A stretch of 44,838 bases of DNA from an uncultured Nitrospiraceae bacterium (GTDB lineage: Bacteria; Nitrospirota; Thermodesulfovibrionia; Thermodesulfovibrionales; Dissulfurispiraceae): contig CAMTVO010000038.1 of assembly GCA_947085205.1 (NCBI GenBank), positions 1-44,838 of the forward strand, written 5' to 3'. The number at the start of each line of letters is the position of its first letter. The stretch's first letter is position 1. The notes beneath the pieces are model-generated. The model worked only from the letters and a program-made list of their open reading frames with translations, had not been told where the DNA came from and ran no database searches. The translations under genes and the position numbers were made by a program. Shown here in pieces: positions 28,398 through 36,841 of the stretch.

Positions 28398-28765
28398 GAG
28401 ATGCAAAGGTGCTTATTGTGGATGACGAGGTGGAATTTGCAACAGCTCTGTCAGAGAGATTGCAATTACGTAATTATGCTGCAAAGGCTGTATTTTGTGC
28501 CGAGGACGCCTTTGCTATAACTAAAGCGGAACAGCCCGATTTGATGCTCCTTGATCTGAAAATGCCCGGAATGCATGGTCGTGAGATTGTTAAAACCGTC
28601 AAGCAGTTTAGTCCTGGTATTCAGGTGATAATACTTACAGGTGTCAGCGAAGACCAAATTCTGGAAGAAGGGATAGAGGGTGAGGTGTTTGATTGCATTA
28701 TGAAACCGGTGGATATAAGTGTTCTGACCCAAAAAATCGATGAAGCGCTGAAGAAACGGAATTAA
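28394..28765 (+). CDS. Stand-alone response regulator receiver
   Basis: VDDE, LDLKMPG, LTG and KP motifs. Confidence 0.92.
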   Translation: MRDAKVLIVDDEVEFATALSERLQLRNYAAKAVFCAEDAFAITKAEQPDLMLLDLKMPGMHGREIVKTVKQFSPGIQVIILTGVSEDQILEEGIEGEVFDCIMKPVDISVLTQKIDEALKKRN

Positions 28766-28772
28766 CCGGGGT

Positions 28773-29471
28773 ATGACTATGAATTATGAAGAAGATGAAA
28801 TTCTTAGAATATCTCATTTGAAGTTTATAGGAAAGGCTTTGTCGGTATTTACCCACGAACTGAACAATCACCTTGCTGTCTTAAAAGAATCAGCAGGCTT
28901 ACTGGAAGATACATTAAGATTTCAACAGGCCGGGACCGGGTATGATTTAGATGGTAGTTTAAATATCATTCAATCCATCGAAAACCAGATTTTTAAAGCC
29001 ACACGGCTTTGCAAGAATTTCAACGGCTTCGGTCACAGAATGGACAATCCTTTATCTGCTTTCAGTGTTAATGAGGCGCTGGAGGAACTTTTGGCATTAT
29101 TAATCAGACCTGCAAGCCAGAAAAAGGTCGGTTTTGAAAAAGATTTTCAGAAAGATATTCCATTAGCTTATAACGACCCGTCAAGGCTTCAGTTTTTAAT
29201 CTTTTGTCTGATTGAAGAGAGTTTAAAGAGCATCGAAAACGGCAGTATCATATTAAAGACCGAATACTCCGAGGGTTTAATAACAATAAGAATTTCACGC
29301 GAAGGCGATTTCACGGAAACGGAAAAAAAAGACATATGTTCTCATAATATTGCCGGACGTGTCGCAGAGCAGTTAGGAGGGAGTATTTATGAGGAAACAG
29401 AGGGCGAAGGCGTAAACATCATGCTGCCTCTGTCTGTAACTGGCGAGGCATCAAATCCTGAACTTTATTAG
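28773..29471 (+). CDS. Degenerate soluble histidine kinase / putative histidine phosphotransferase
   Basis: H-box THELNNHL present; N, G1 and G2 boxes not recognisable; no sensor domain. Confidence 0.75.
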   Translation: MTMNYEEDEILRISHLKFIGKALSVFTHELNNHLAVLKESAGLLEDTLRFQQAGTGYDLDGSLNIIQSIENQIFKATRLCKNFNGFGHRMDNPLSAFSVNEALEELLALLIRPASQKKVGFEKDFQKDIPLAYNDPSRLQFLIFCLIEESLKSIENGSIILKTEYSEGLITIRISREGDFTETEKKDICSHNIAGRVAEQLGGSIYEETEGEGVNIMLPLSVTGEASNPELY

Positions 29472-29501
29472 TTTAATAAAAAATTAAATAAGGGGTGTGT
29501 T

Positions 29502-29960
29502 ATGGATAAGAAAAAAGGAATAAAGGTTTTATTGGTCGACGACGAGGTGGATTTTGTTGATACCCTCGCGCAGAGACTGAGAATGCGGGAGTTGCTGGTG
29601 GATACAGTTTATGACGGTGAACAGGCGCTCTCTTTTATCAAAAAGGTAGAGCCGGATGTAATAGTGCTGGACTTGAAAATGCCGGGTTTGCATGGTATAG
29701 AGGTTTTCAGGGAGATAAAGAGTTTGTCTCCTCAGATACAGGTCATTATCCTTACAGGGCATGGAACAGAAAAGGACGAAGAAGAAGCAAGACGGCTTGG
29801 CGGATTTGATTTTCTCAGAAAGCCTGCTGACATAGATTTATTGGTGGCTAAAATCAGGGAAGCTTACTGGGAAAAGATTGAAAGAGTTATGACAGCTGCG
29901 GCATTTGCAGAGGGAGGTGATTTTGATACTGCTCAGAGGATAATGAGAAAAGAAGAGTAA
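29502..29960 (+). CDS. Stand-alone response regulator receiver with C-terminal AAAFAEGG tail
   Basis: VDDE, LDLKMPG, LTGHG and KP motifs. Confidence 0.92.
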   Translation: MDKKKGIKVLLVDDEVDFVDTLAQRLRMRELLVDTVYDGEQALSFIKKVEPDVIVLDLKMPGLHGIEVFREIKSLSPQIQVIILTGHGTEKDEEEARRLGGFDFLRKPADIDLLVAKIREAYWEKIERVMTAAAFAEGGDFDTAQRIMRKEE

Positions 29961-29993
29961 AGAAGAGTAAAACAGATAAGGAGGATAACTGAA

Positions 29994-30434
29994 ATGTCTG
30001 AGGAATTAAAAGCAAATGTATTGGTAGTGGATGATGAGAAACAGTTTCTTGATGTTTTCTCCAAGAGATTAGAAAGTCGAGGTATGAAGGTAGATACTGC
30101 AGTTAACGGGGATGATGCTATTGAGAAGACAAAAGGAAAACAATTCGATGCGATTATCCTCGACCTTGTGATGCCCGGTATAAACGGCATCGAAATACTT
30201 AAGCGTATCAAAAGCGAAAACCCCGATATGGATATAATTCTTCTCACAGGGCATGCAACAGTAGAAAAAGGGGTTGAGGCTATGAAGGCCGGTGCCATGG
30301 ACTTTTTAGAGAAACCTGTGGATATTGGCAAAGTAATGGAAAAGATAGGAGAAGCAAAACGTAGAAGGCTCATTATCATTGACAAAAAGACAGGAGAACA
30401 TATAAAGGATATAATGGAAAGTAAAGGCTGGTAG
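29994..30434 (+). CDS. Stand-alone response regulator receiver
   Basis: VDDE, LDLVMPG, LTGHA and KP motifs. Confidence 0.92.
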   Translation: MSEELKANVLVVDDEKQFLDVFSKRLESRGMKVDTAVNGDDAIEKTKGKQFDAIILDLVMPGINGIEILKRIKSENPDMDIILLTGHATVEKGVEAMKAGAMDFLEKPVDIGKVMEKIGEAKRRRLIIIDKKTGEHIKDIMESKGW

Positions 30435-30487
30435 TCTTTTTTTTTGAAAATATCAAGTTTGAAAGCAAGTGCTGTGAATAAGCTTTA

Positions 30488-31468
30488 ATGATAACGGAGG
30501 ATAAAGTGATGGTGCGTTTTTTCGCCACTATAAGTATAGTTATGACATTGCTTTTCATCGGACTTTCTGGAACTGCCTTCAGCGAGGCGCCGATAGTAGA
30601 AGCAACTTCAAGGGCATCTTCCGCTCCATGGTGGATATGGCCATTGATATTGCTGGCTGTAACTTTTTTGCTCGGTATAGTGGCTGTTTTGGGAGGTGTT
30701 GGAGGAGGGGTCCTTTTTGTCCCGATTATAGGAGGATTCTTTCCATTTCATCTTGATTTTGTAAGAGGAGCCGGTCTTTTAGTTGCTCTTGCAGGCGCTT
30801 TGGCTGCCGGCCCTGGGCTGCTTAAAAAAGGAATGGCTGATTTAAGATTGGCGCTGCCTGTTGCCCTTATTGCCTCTGCATGTGCAATTATCGGCGCCAT
30901 GCTCGGCCTTACACTTCCCACAAAGGTTATCCAGACCGCATTGGGTGCGACTATTTTGGGTATTGTTGCAATTATGCTCATAGCCGGGAAATCGGAGTAT
31001 CCTAATGTTAAACAGGCTGATGCCCTTTCAACTGCTTTAAAAATAAATGGAATCTATTACGAGGCATCCACAGGCCATGAGATTAATTGGAAGATTCACA
31101 GGACTACCAAAGGACTTGCGACCTTTATTATAATCGGCATTATGGCAGGCATGTTTGGGCTCGGCGCCGGATGGGCTAATGTGTCGGTATTAAATCTTAT
31201 GATGGGCGCGCCACTGAAGGTCTCTGTTGCAACGAGCAAGTTTTTGCTCTCAATAACAGACACGTCTGCTGCATGGATTTATATAAATAACGGTGCGGTA
31301 CTGCCCATGATGGTTGTTCCGTCAATTATCGGAATAATGCTCGGTTCTATGGTCGGCGTAAGAATTCTTGCAAAGACAAAGCCTGCGGCAGTGCGATATA
31401 TAGTCATAGCAATGCTTCTCTTTGCAGGCACAAGGGCTTTGCTTAAAGGACTTGAAATCTGGAACTGA
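30488..31468 (+). CDS. Sulfite exporter TauE/SafE family protein
   Basis: GGVGGGVLFVP and GMFGLGAG...MGAPLKVSVATS motifs. Confidence 0.88.
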   Translation: MITEDKVMVRFFATISIVMTLLFIGLSGTAFSEAPIVEATSRASSAPWWIWPLILLAVTFLLGIVAVLGGVGGGVLFVPIIGGFFPFHLDFVRGAGLLVALAGALAAGPGLLKKGMADLRLALPVALIASACAIIGAMLGLTLPTKVIQTALGATILGIVAIMLIAGKSEYPNVKQADALSTALKINGIYYEASTGHEINWKIHRTTKGLATFIIIGIMAGMFGLGAGWANVSVLNLMMGAPLKVSVATSKFLLSITDTSAAWIYINNGAVLPMMVVPSIIGIMLGSMVGVRILAKTKPAAVRYIVIAMLLFAGTRALLKGLEIWN

Positions 31469-31490
31469 AAATAATCTGTAACGCCGTTTT

Positions 31491-31561
31491 GTCATTCCCG
31501 CGTAGGCGGGAATCCAGAACAATATGACAAAGACATAGATTCCTGCTTTCGCAGGAATGAC
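31491..31561. repeat. REP-like double hairpin (GTCATT...AATGAC)
   Basis: GTCATTCCCGCGTAGGCGGGAATCC ... GATTCCTGCTTTCGCAGGAATGAC. Confidence 0.8.
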
Positions 31562-31580
31562 ATAAAATTGGAGGGGCATC

Positions 31581-31997
31581 ATGGGGAAAAATTTAAAGGC
31601 AACAGAAGAACAGCTTGCATATGCAAAATTACTTGATGCAGGAATGAAGTTGGGACTGCTTGCGCTTGTTGTTACATTTATTGTTTATCTGACTGGAATA
31701 CTGTCTCCTCATGTGCCTGTAAGTGACCTTCCGAAATACTGGGGACTTTCAGTACATAAATATCTTGAAGCAACAGGCATACATTCAGGCTGGTCATGGC
31801 TTGGAATGCTCGGGAAAGGTGATTTCCTTAACTTTTTAGGCATAGCCTTTCTTGCAGGTATCACCATGTTTTGCTGCATGAGAATTATTCCGATATTTTT
31901 CAAGAAAAAAGATACGGTGTACGGCGTGATCGCAATACTTGAAGTCATGGTCTTGGCGATTGCAGCATCCGGGATATTGAAGACAGGAGGTCACTAA
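31581..31997 (+). CDS. DUF1634-like membrane protein (TauE partner)
   Basis: 3 TM segments, GIAFLAGIT...IIP pattern, directly after TauE. Confidence 0.7.
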   Translation: MGKNLKATEEQLAYAKLLDAGMKLGLLALVVTFIVYLTGILSPHVPVSDLPKYWGLSVHKYLEATGIHSGWSWLGMLGKGDFLNFLGIAFLAGITMFCCMRIIPIFFKKKDTVYGVIAILEVMVLAIAASGILKTGGH

Positions 31998-32861
31998 ATG
32001 CCAGAAATAAGGGCTGATTTTATGGGGAGCTTCAAATCTGTTCTTCTCTGTACAGATGGTTCTGATTACAGTGCAGGAGCAATACAGGCAGCTATAAATA
32101 TAGCACGTGAGTGCGGACGTCCAAGACTCACGGTGTTTCGGGCACTTGAATTTAATCCCGAGTTTGAAACCGAAGGGGCGAAGTTTGCGGCGAAAATAGA
32201 ACTGCGGGCACGGGAACACCTGGAGTTGATAAGAGAGATTGCTGCCGAAAATGATGTTGAATGCGAGGCTGTGGTAAGGAGGGCAATGGAACCATGGAAG
32301 GCTATTATAGAGGAAGCCCGGAAGAGAAATGCAGATATGATAGTCATGGGAAGGCGAGGGATGACAGGACTTAAGAAGATTCTCATCGGAAGTCAAACAT
32401 CAAAGGTTATAGCTTACTCCCCGTGTAATGTGCTTGTGGTACCAAAGGATGCTGTAATGAGGGGAGAGACGCTGTTGCTTGCTACCGACGGCTCAAAATA
32501 CAGTGAAACAGCGGAAACGGCTGCTTTAAATATGTGCAGAAGGTGCACAGAGGAAGGGATATGTATCGTGAGGAATTTTATTGTTCTGTCGGTGGCCGTT
32601 ACCAGTGAGAAGTTAAAGGAGGCGATTGACAACGTAGAAAAGGTCGGAAAGGATACAAAAAAAGAAGGTATCGAAATAGAAGGGTTGCCTTTATTAGGTA
32701 AGCCATATGAGGTTATTCTGGAGGTAGCAAAATATAGAAACGCTGATTTGATTGTACTTGGAACTCATGGAAGAACCGGCATGGAGAGAGTCCTGATGGG
32801 AAGCGTGGCAGAAAGGGTTGTAGCCCTTTCTCACTGTGCAGTGCTTGTGGTTAAGGCGTAA
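31998..32861 (+). CDS. Tandem-domain universal stress protein
   Basis: LLCTDGS, MGRRG, LLATDGS and GTHGRTG...MGSVAERVV motifs. Confidence 0.94.
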   Translation: MPEIRADFMGSFKSVLLCTDGSDYSAGAIQAAINIARECGRPRLTVFRALEFNPEFETEGAKFAAKIELRAREHLELIREIAAENDVECEAVVRRAMEPWKAIIEEARKRNADMIVMGRRGMTGLKKILIGSQTSKVIAYSPCNVLVVPKDAVMRGETLLLATDGSKYSETAETAALNMCRRCTEEGICIVRNFIVLSVAVTSEKLKEAIDNVEKVGKDTKKEGIEIEGLPLLGKPYEVILEVAKYRNADLIVLGTHGRTGMERVLMGSVAERVVALSHCAVLVVKA

Positions 32862-33038
32862 GATTGACAGGTTTAAGAGTTTTTATCCAGGCGATTGCTC
32901 ACCTCGGCGCAAACTTTTAAAAAACACGGGGTTGAGATGTAACTATGCAGCGGTTTAAAAGTTTTAGAATTTCGCAACTGGGGTTTGCTTTTTTAATAGT
33001 CTTATGATACAAAATAGTGGTTATCAAGGGGGTTCAGT

Positions 33039-33335
33039 ATGACGCTTGGAATACTTGTTACCAATAGTAAATACAGAGATGACATTGCAGGCCTTACAGA
33101 GTCAGCGATTAAGAGAGGACATAAGGTTATTCTCTTTTTTATGGACGATGGCTGTCATTTAGTAACAGATAAAGATATTATTTCACTTAAAGGCAGGAGT
33201 GGTGTTACCATGAGCCTGTGTGATTATAACCGGAAAAAGATGGGACTTAAAGATATTCCAGATGGAATTATATGCGGAAGCCAGTATGATAATGCGGTTA
33301 TGAACAGGGAATCGGATAAGGTAATAGTGTTTTAA
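33039..33335 (+). CDS. DsrE/TusD-like sulfur relay protein
   Basis: LFFMDDG, SLC and GSQYDNA...DKVIVF motifs. Confidence 0.8.
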   Translation: MTLGILVTNSKYRDDIAGLTESAIKRGHKVILFFMDDGCHLVTDKDIISLKGRSGVTMSLCDYNRKKMGLKDIPDGIICGSQYDNAVMNRESDKVIVF

Positions 33336-33336
33336 G

Positions 33337-33603
33337 GTGAAAAAGATTGCAGTTATAGTGAGGGAAAGGCAGTCTGAGGCTTTGCGTATGGGCATCGGCC
33401 TTTCCATACTCAATGATGTGGATATATACATATTCGACAGAAAACTCGAAGCATCCGATGATATCTCATTAAACCTCGAAATGATTAGAGAGATGAAGTT
33501 AGGGCTTTATACCAATATTGCCTTAAATGAAGGTATAGAATATATTCCAACGGAAGATATTGCGAAAAGACTTCTGGAATATGATAATATTTTGCCATAT
33601 TAA
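33337..33603 (+). CDS. DsrF/TusC-like protein
   Basis: KKIAVIVR...EALRMGIGL...LLEYDNILPY; GTG start 1 nt after dsrE. Confidence 0.65.
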   Translation: MKKIAVIVRERQSEALRMGIGLSILNDVDIYIFDRKLEASDDISLNLEMIREMKLGLYTNIALNEGIEYIPTEDIAKRLLEYDNILPY

Positions 33604-33605
33604 TA

Positions 33606-33773
33606 ATGAAGATACTCCATATATTGAAGGCAGAGCCCGAAGACAGTATAAAGAAGGTAATCGAAGAGCACAGAAAAGAAAATGATGTGGCAGTTATAAA
33701 TTTGGGAAGCGATAAAGACTACGATCGGATTGTTGGGCTTATAGAGAAGGCTGATAAGGTAATCGTCTGGTAG
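33606..33773 (+). CDS. 55-aa DsrH/TusB-like protein (below the ORF-track cutoff)
   Basis: MKILHIL...DYDRIVGLIEKADKVIVW matches the DsrH/TusB N- and C-terminal pattern. Confidence 0.7.
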   Translation: MKILHILKAEPEDSIKKVIEEHRKENDVAVINLGSDKDYDRIVGLIEKADKVIVW

Positions 33774-33816
33774 AACAAGCCTTTGGCTTGATAATAAAAC
33801 AATACAGGAGGTTTAA

Positions 33817-34911
33817 ATGGAAGGCATTTCACAGGCAAGTATTATGGTTATTCTGACAGGCATTCTCGTCGGTGTAATCTTCGGCTTTGCCCTTCAGCGC
33901 GGCAGGTATTGAATGAACTCAGCGTTCAGAGACGTGATCTTTGTAAATGATTTTACTTTGTTTAGGGCATGGCTTTTGGCGCTTTTTATTGCTATTATTG
34001 GTTCAAATCTAATTGAATCTCTCGGCTTCATGGGAGATGATGGTTTAAGGCGTCAGGTATTTGCGCCGATTGCAGCTATAGTCGGAGGCTATATCTTCGG
34101 ACTCGGTATTGTTATGGCAGGCGGTTGCGGCAGCGGTGTCTTATATAAGCAGGGTGAAGGTACACTTGCAGCATTTATTGCTACCCTTGGATTTGGTATA
34201 GGCCTTGTTTCCACGATGCATGGCCCATTGCAGCCTATAAGTAAATTTTTAAAGAGTTTCAAGGTTTCTATTGATGAAGGTGAAGATGCCATTGGCAGTC
34301 CTGCCTTGTGGGATATATTCGGAGGCGGAGCGGCTATAAAATGGGTTGTTATTGCTGTGATTGCAGCTATAATCATCACGGTGGTGCTGAAAGGCAGGCC
34401 ATTTGCCAAAGGCCCAAAGAAGGGGTGGTCATGGTCGGTAGGAGGTGCTTTGATAGGCGCGGTAGTCGTCCTTGCATGGTGGGCGTCTTATTACTGGGGT
34501 GGACAGGCAAGGGGGCTTTCTTTCTCCGGTCCTTTGTCTGACTTCTTCATGTTTGTACTTACAGCGAACAGTAAGGCGCCGTTCGACCCGATGTTCAGTA
34601 TCTTAGGTATAGGCGTGGCTACATGGAGCGCGCTGTATGTTATAGGTGTTCCCATCGGGGCGTATATCAGTGCAAAAGGACTTGGGGAGTTCAAATTGAC
34701 CATACCAAAAGATCCAAACGAGATTATTAGGGTATTCGGTGGAGGTATTATAATGGGATTCGGCGGTGCAATTGCCGGTGGTTGAACTGTAGGGCATGCG
34801 CTGACAGGTATGTCGGCATTATCTCTGCAGAGTATTGTTGCAACGGTATTTATCATCCTCGGCAATTGGACAATGGTTTACTTTATGTTCATAAAGCCGA
34901 TGAAGGATTAA
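33817..34911 (+). CDS. YeeE/YedE thiosulfate-transporter family selenoprotein, 364 aa, predicted Sec at codons 32 and 323
   Basis: SD AGGAGG. One frame with TGA at 33910 (LQRGRY-U-MNSAFRD) and 34783 (AIAGG-U-TVGH), both at conserved Cys positions. Middle AGGCGSG Cys retained. Hairpin 14 nt after each TGA. Confidence 0.88.
33927..33943 (+). promoter_or_regulatory. Candidate SECIS for the first YeeE Sec
   Basis: CAGAGA-CGTGA-TCTTTG stem-loop 14 nt after the TGA. Confidence 0.45.
34800..34817 (+). promoter_or_regulatory. Candidate SECIS for the second YeeE Sec
   Basis: GCTGACA-GGTA-TGTCGGC stem-loop 14 nt after the TGA. Confidence 0.65.
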
Positions 34912-35000
34912 TTCCTTAAAATAGGAAATGAATCCTTAAATTGGAAAAGATTTGTTGTTGAAAACTTTAAATTTGTTGTAAAATTAACCAAATGCATGCA

Positions 35001-35016
35001 TGGCATGTTAATTGCT
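35001..35016 (+). promoter_or_regulatory. sigma54 (-24/-12) promoter
   Basis: TGGCAT-GTTAA-TTGCT with exact GG-N10-GC spacing, 33 nt before the ATG. Confidence 0.75.
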
Positions 35017-35049
35017 CAATCAAGGTTAATAGAAAGGAGGTGAAATTAC

Positions 35050-35322
35050 ATGAAAAAAATTCTCGTATTATTAGTCGCTCTCGTATTTGCTCTCGGCGTT
35101 GTCGGTCTCAGCTTTGCAGCAGATGTAAAAGGCACTGTTACAAAGGTCGAGGGTAAGAATGTAACTGTAAAGGACGACAAGGGCAAGGAGACAACAGTCG
35201 AGGTGAAGGATACAGCAGGAGCAAAGGTCGGAGATAAGGTTGAAATCAAGGGTGGCAATGTGATGAAGGAGGCAGCTCCAGCAGCGCCTGCTAAGAAGAA
35301 AAAGGCAATAGAAGGCTGCTAA
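35050..35322 (+). CDS. Small exported ExtJ-like protein with C-terminal Gly-Cys
   Basis: Strong SD, signal peptide (...SFA|A), small beta-barrel-like core, Ala/Pro/Lys linker, ends KAIEGC. Confidence 0.75.
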   Translation: MKKILVLLVALVFALGVVGLSFAADVKGTVTKVEGKNVTVKDDKGKETTVEVKDTAGAKVGDKVEIKGGNVMKEAAPAAPAKKKKAIEGC

Positions 35323-35339
35323 TCGTTTCTAATACAATA

Positions 35340-35372
35340 AGGGTGGGGTTGATATCTCCACCCTATTTTTTT
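35340..35372 (+). terminator. Intrinsic terminator
   Basis: AGGGTGGGG-N7-CTCCACCCT followed by a T7 tract. Confidence 0.85.
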
Positions 35373-35385
35373 GTTTTAATCAAAT

Positions 35386-36054
35386 TTACGCCGCCTTTTT
35401 AAGCTCCTTATCAAACTGGAGCGCCTTCTTTGGGCATGCCACAGCGCATGTTGAACACTTAATGCAATCATTGTCACCCATCACTCCGGACTCTTTATAT
35501 TCATACGGTTTTAACTGCATCGGACATACTTTGGAGCAGACCTTGCAGTCTATGCACATTTCATTGATGCTTAGCGGTTTCTTGCCTTCAGACATCCAGT
35601 TCGCTATAGTTCCCATCGGGCATATATGGCACCAGATGCGCTGCTGATAGATAATTCCCAATACGATGCCAATGGTCGTGGTGATGGTCAAAAGCCTCAC
35701 CATTGCAATGCCTATTCCGTCCATATTACCCCATGCAAGGTAAATCTGTATTCCCAGAATGCTTAGAAGCATACCTAACATGAATATGCGGAAGCCTTTC
35801 TTTTTGAAAAAGGCAGGTATTTCCTTATTCTTGCTTATTTTCTGCAAAAAAAGGTCGTAAAAACTGCCTCTCGGACACATCCAGTCACACCATGCCCTTC
35901 CTTTGTATATTGCAACTCCGACAGCGCCTATCATGCAGGCTAAAAGGAAAAAGCCCAATTTCGGATAAAACCATCCTCCGATTACCACAAGCGGAAGTCC
36001 GAGCCATGTATATGCCTGAAGTTTTGCCCTCTTCTTTCTAAAATCCAATAACAT
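35386..36054 (-). CDS. Membrane 4Fe-4S binding protein (NapH/YccM-like)
   Basis: WCDWMCPRG and WCHICPMG motifs, two CxxCxxCxxxCP clusters, TM helices. Confidence 0.88.
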   Translation of the reverse strand: MLLDFRKKRAKLQAYTWLGLPLVVIGGWFYPKLGFFLLACMIGAVGVAIYKGRAWCDWMCPRGSFYDLFLQKISKNKEIPAFFKKKGFRIFMLGMLLSILGIQIYLAWGNMDGIGIAMVRLLTITTTIGIVLGIIYQQRIWCHICPMGTIANWMSEGKKPLSINEMCIDCKVCSKVCPMQLKPYEYKESGVMGDNDCIKCSTCAVACPKKALQFDKELKKAA

Positions 36055-36463
36055 TTTTTACCTCCTTTAGTCTCTGTTTTCTTTTTTTCTCCATGTATGC
36101 AAGGAAAGTTTTCATATCGCATTTTCCGGTCTTTTTTTGGAATTCATAACACTCAGATAGAGAAGAACGATCGCCCTTCAGGGTTTTATCGTCCTTTAAT
36201 TCTTCTTTCAACAATTCTATAAGTTCTCTTATTGTCTTTGGCAGATTTTTTTTAATGGAATAAAATATCAATTTCCCGTCTCTCCTTTCGTCAAGAAGAC
36301 CGGCACCGCTTAAAAGAGAAAGGTTTCTCGATACGAGGGGCTGTGAAATTCCAAGAACCCCCATGAGCTGACAGACACAGAGTTCCCTTTCAGTCAGCAG
36401 CATGAGTATTCTCAGTCTCGACTCATCGGAAAAGAGTTTGAATATTTTTATCATCCTAATCAT
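36038..36463 (-). CDS. ArsR/SmtB family regulator (start at 36463 or 36454)
   Basis: FKLFSDESRLRIL...ELCVC...SQPLVSRNLSLL; the track's extra upstream residues look non-coding. Confidence 0.9.
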   Translation of the reverse strand: MIRMIKIFKLFSDESRLRILMLLTERELCVCQLMGVLGISQPLVSRNLSLLSGAGLLDERRDGKLIFYSIKKNLPKTIRELIELLKEELKDDKTLKGDRSSLSECYEFQKKTGKCDMKTFLAYMEKKRKQRLKEVKNVIGF

Positions 36464-36502
36464 ATAAACATATTTATATATGATTATATGAACTTTTGTC
36501 AA
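36462..36502 (-). promoter_or_regulatory. arsR promoter and operator-like inverted repeat
   Basis: Minus strand TTGACA-N18-TATAAA overlapping ATATAAA-CATA-TTTATAT. Confidence 0.5.
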
Positions 36503-36628
36503 GAGATTTTTTTCTTGCACAAAAATGAAGGACATTTCAGGGCAAATCGCACTTGACAAATCTTAATTTAAACCTCTTAATTCCTTGATATTTCTGATTA
36601 CAACATGATTTAAAGTTTAAACTTAAAG

Positions 36629-36657
36629 TTGACAATATCACATGCGTCTGCTAATTT
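36629..36657 (+). promoter_or_regulatory. sigma70 promoter for the cytochrome gene
   Basis: TTGACA-N17-TAATTT with TG extension; palindrome AAGTTTAAACTT just upstream (36613-36624). Confidence 0.5.
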
Positions 36658-36841
36658 TATATACATATTAAAATTATTTGTATAGCAGCAGAGTGTAGGA
36701 ATCTAAGAAACTGTGAAGTCTTTACCAAATAAGTCTATGGATTGTGTTTTCGGGAATTAAAGGGAGGTGATGTGTATAGGAGACTGGGGGAGTTAGGATT
36801 TGAGTATCGAAGAGTCAGTAAATTTTAAAAAGGAGGGTTAA

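Noticed and set aside
32862..33038. AAACTTTTAAA/TTTAAAAGTTT inverted repeat upstream of dsrE, possible riboswitch or operator shared with 34960 and 36610
   Set aside because: AT-rich and low complexity; does not fit c-di-GMP or other aptamer consensus that I can verify
36464..36559. N-terminal extension of the ArsR ORF in the track
   Set aside because: Overlaps promoter/operator-like sequence; ArsR homology starts near 36463
36758..36830. Strong orphan SD (AAGGGAGGTGAT) in the cytochrome leader, possible leader peptide
   Set aside because: Candidate start codons are too close to the SD and the peptides are uninformative
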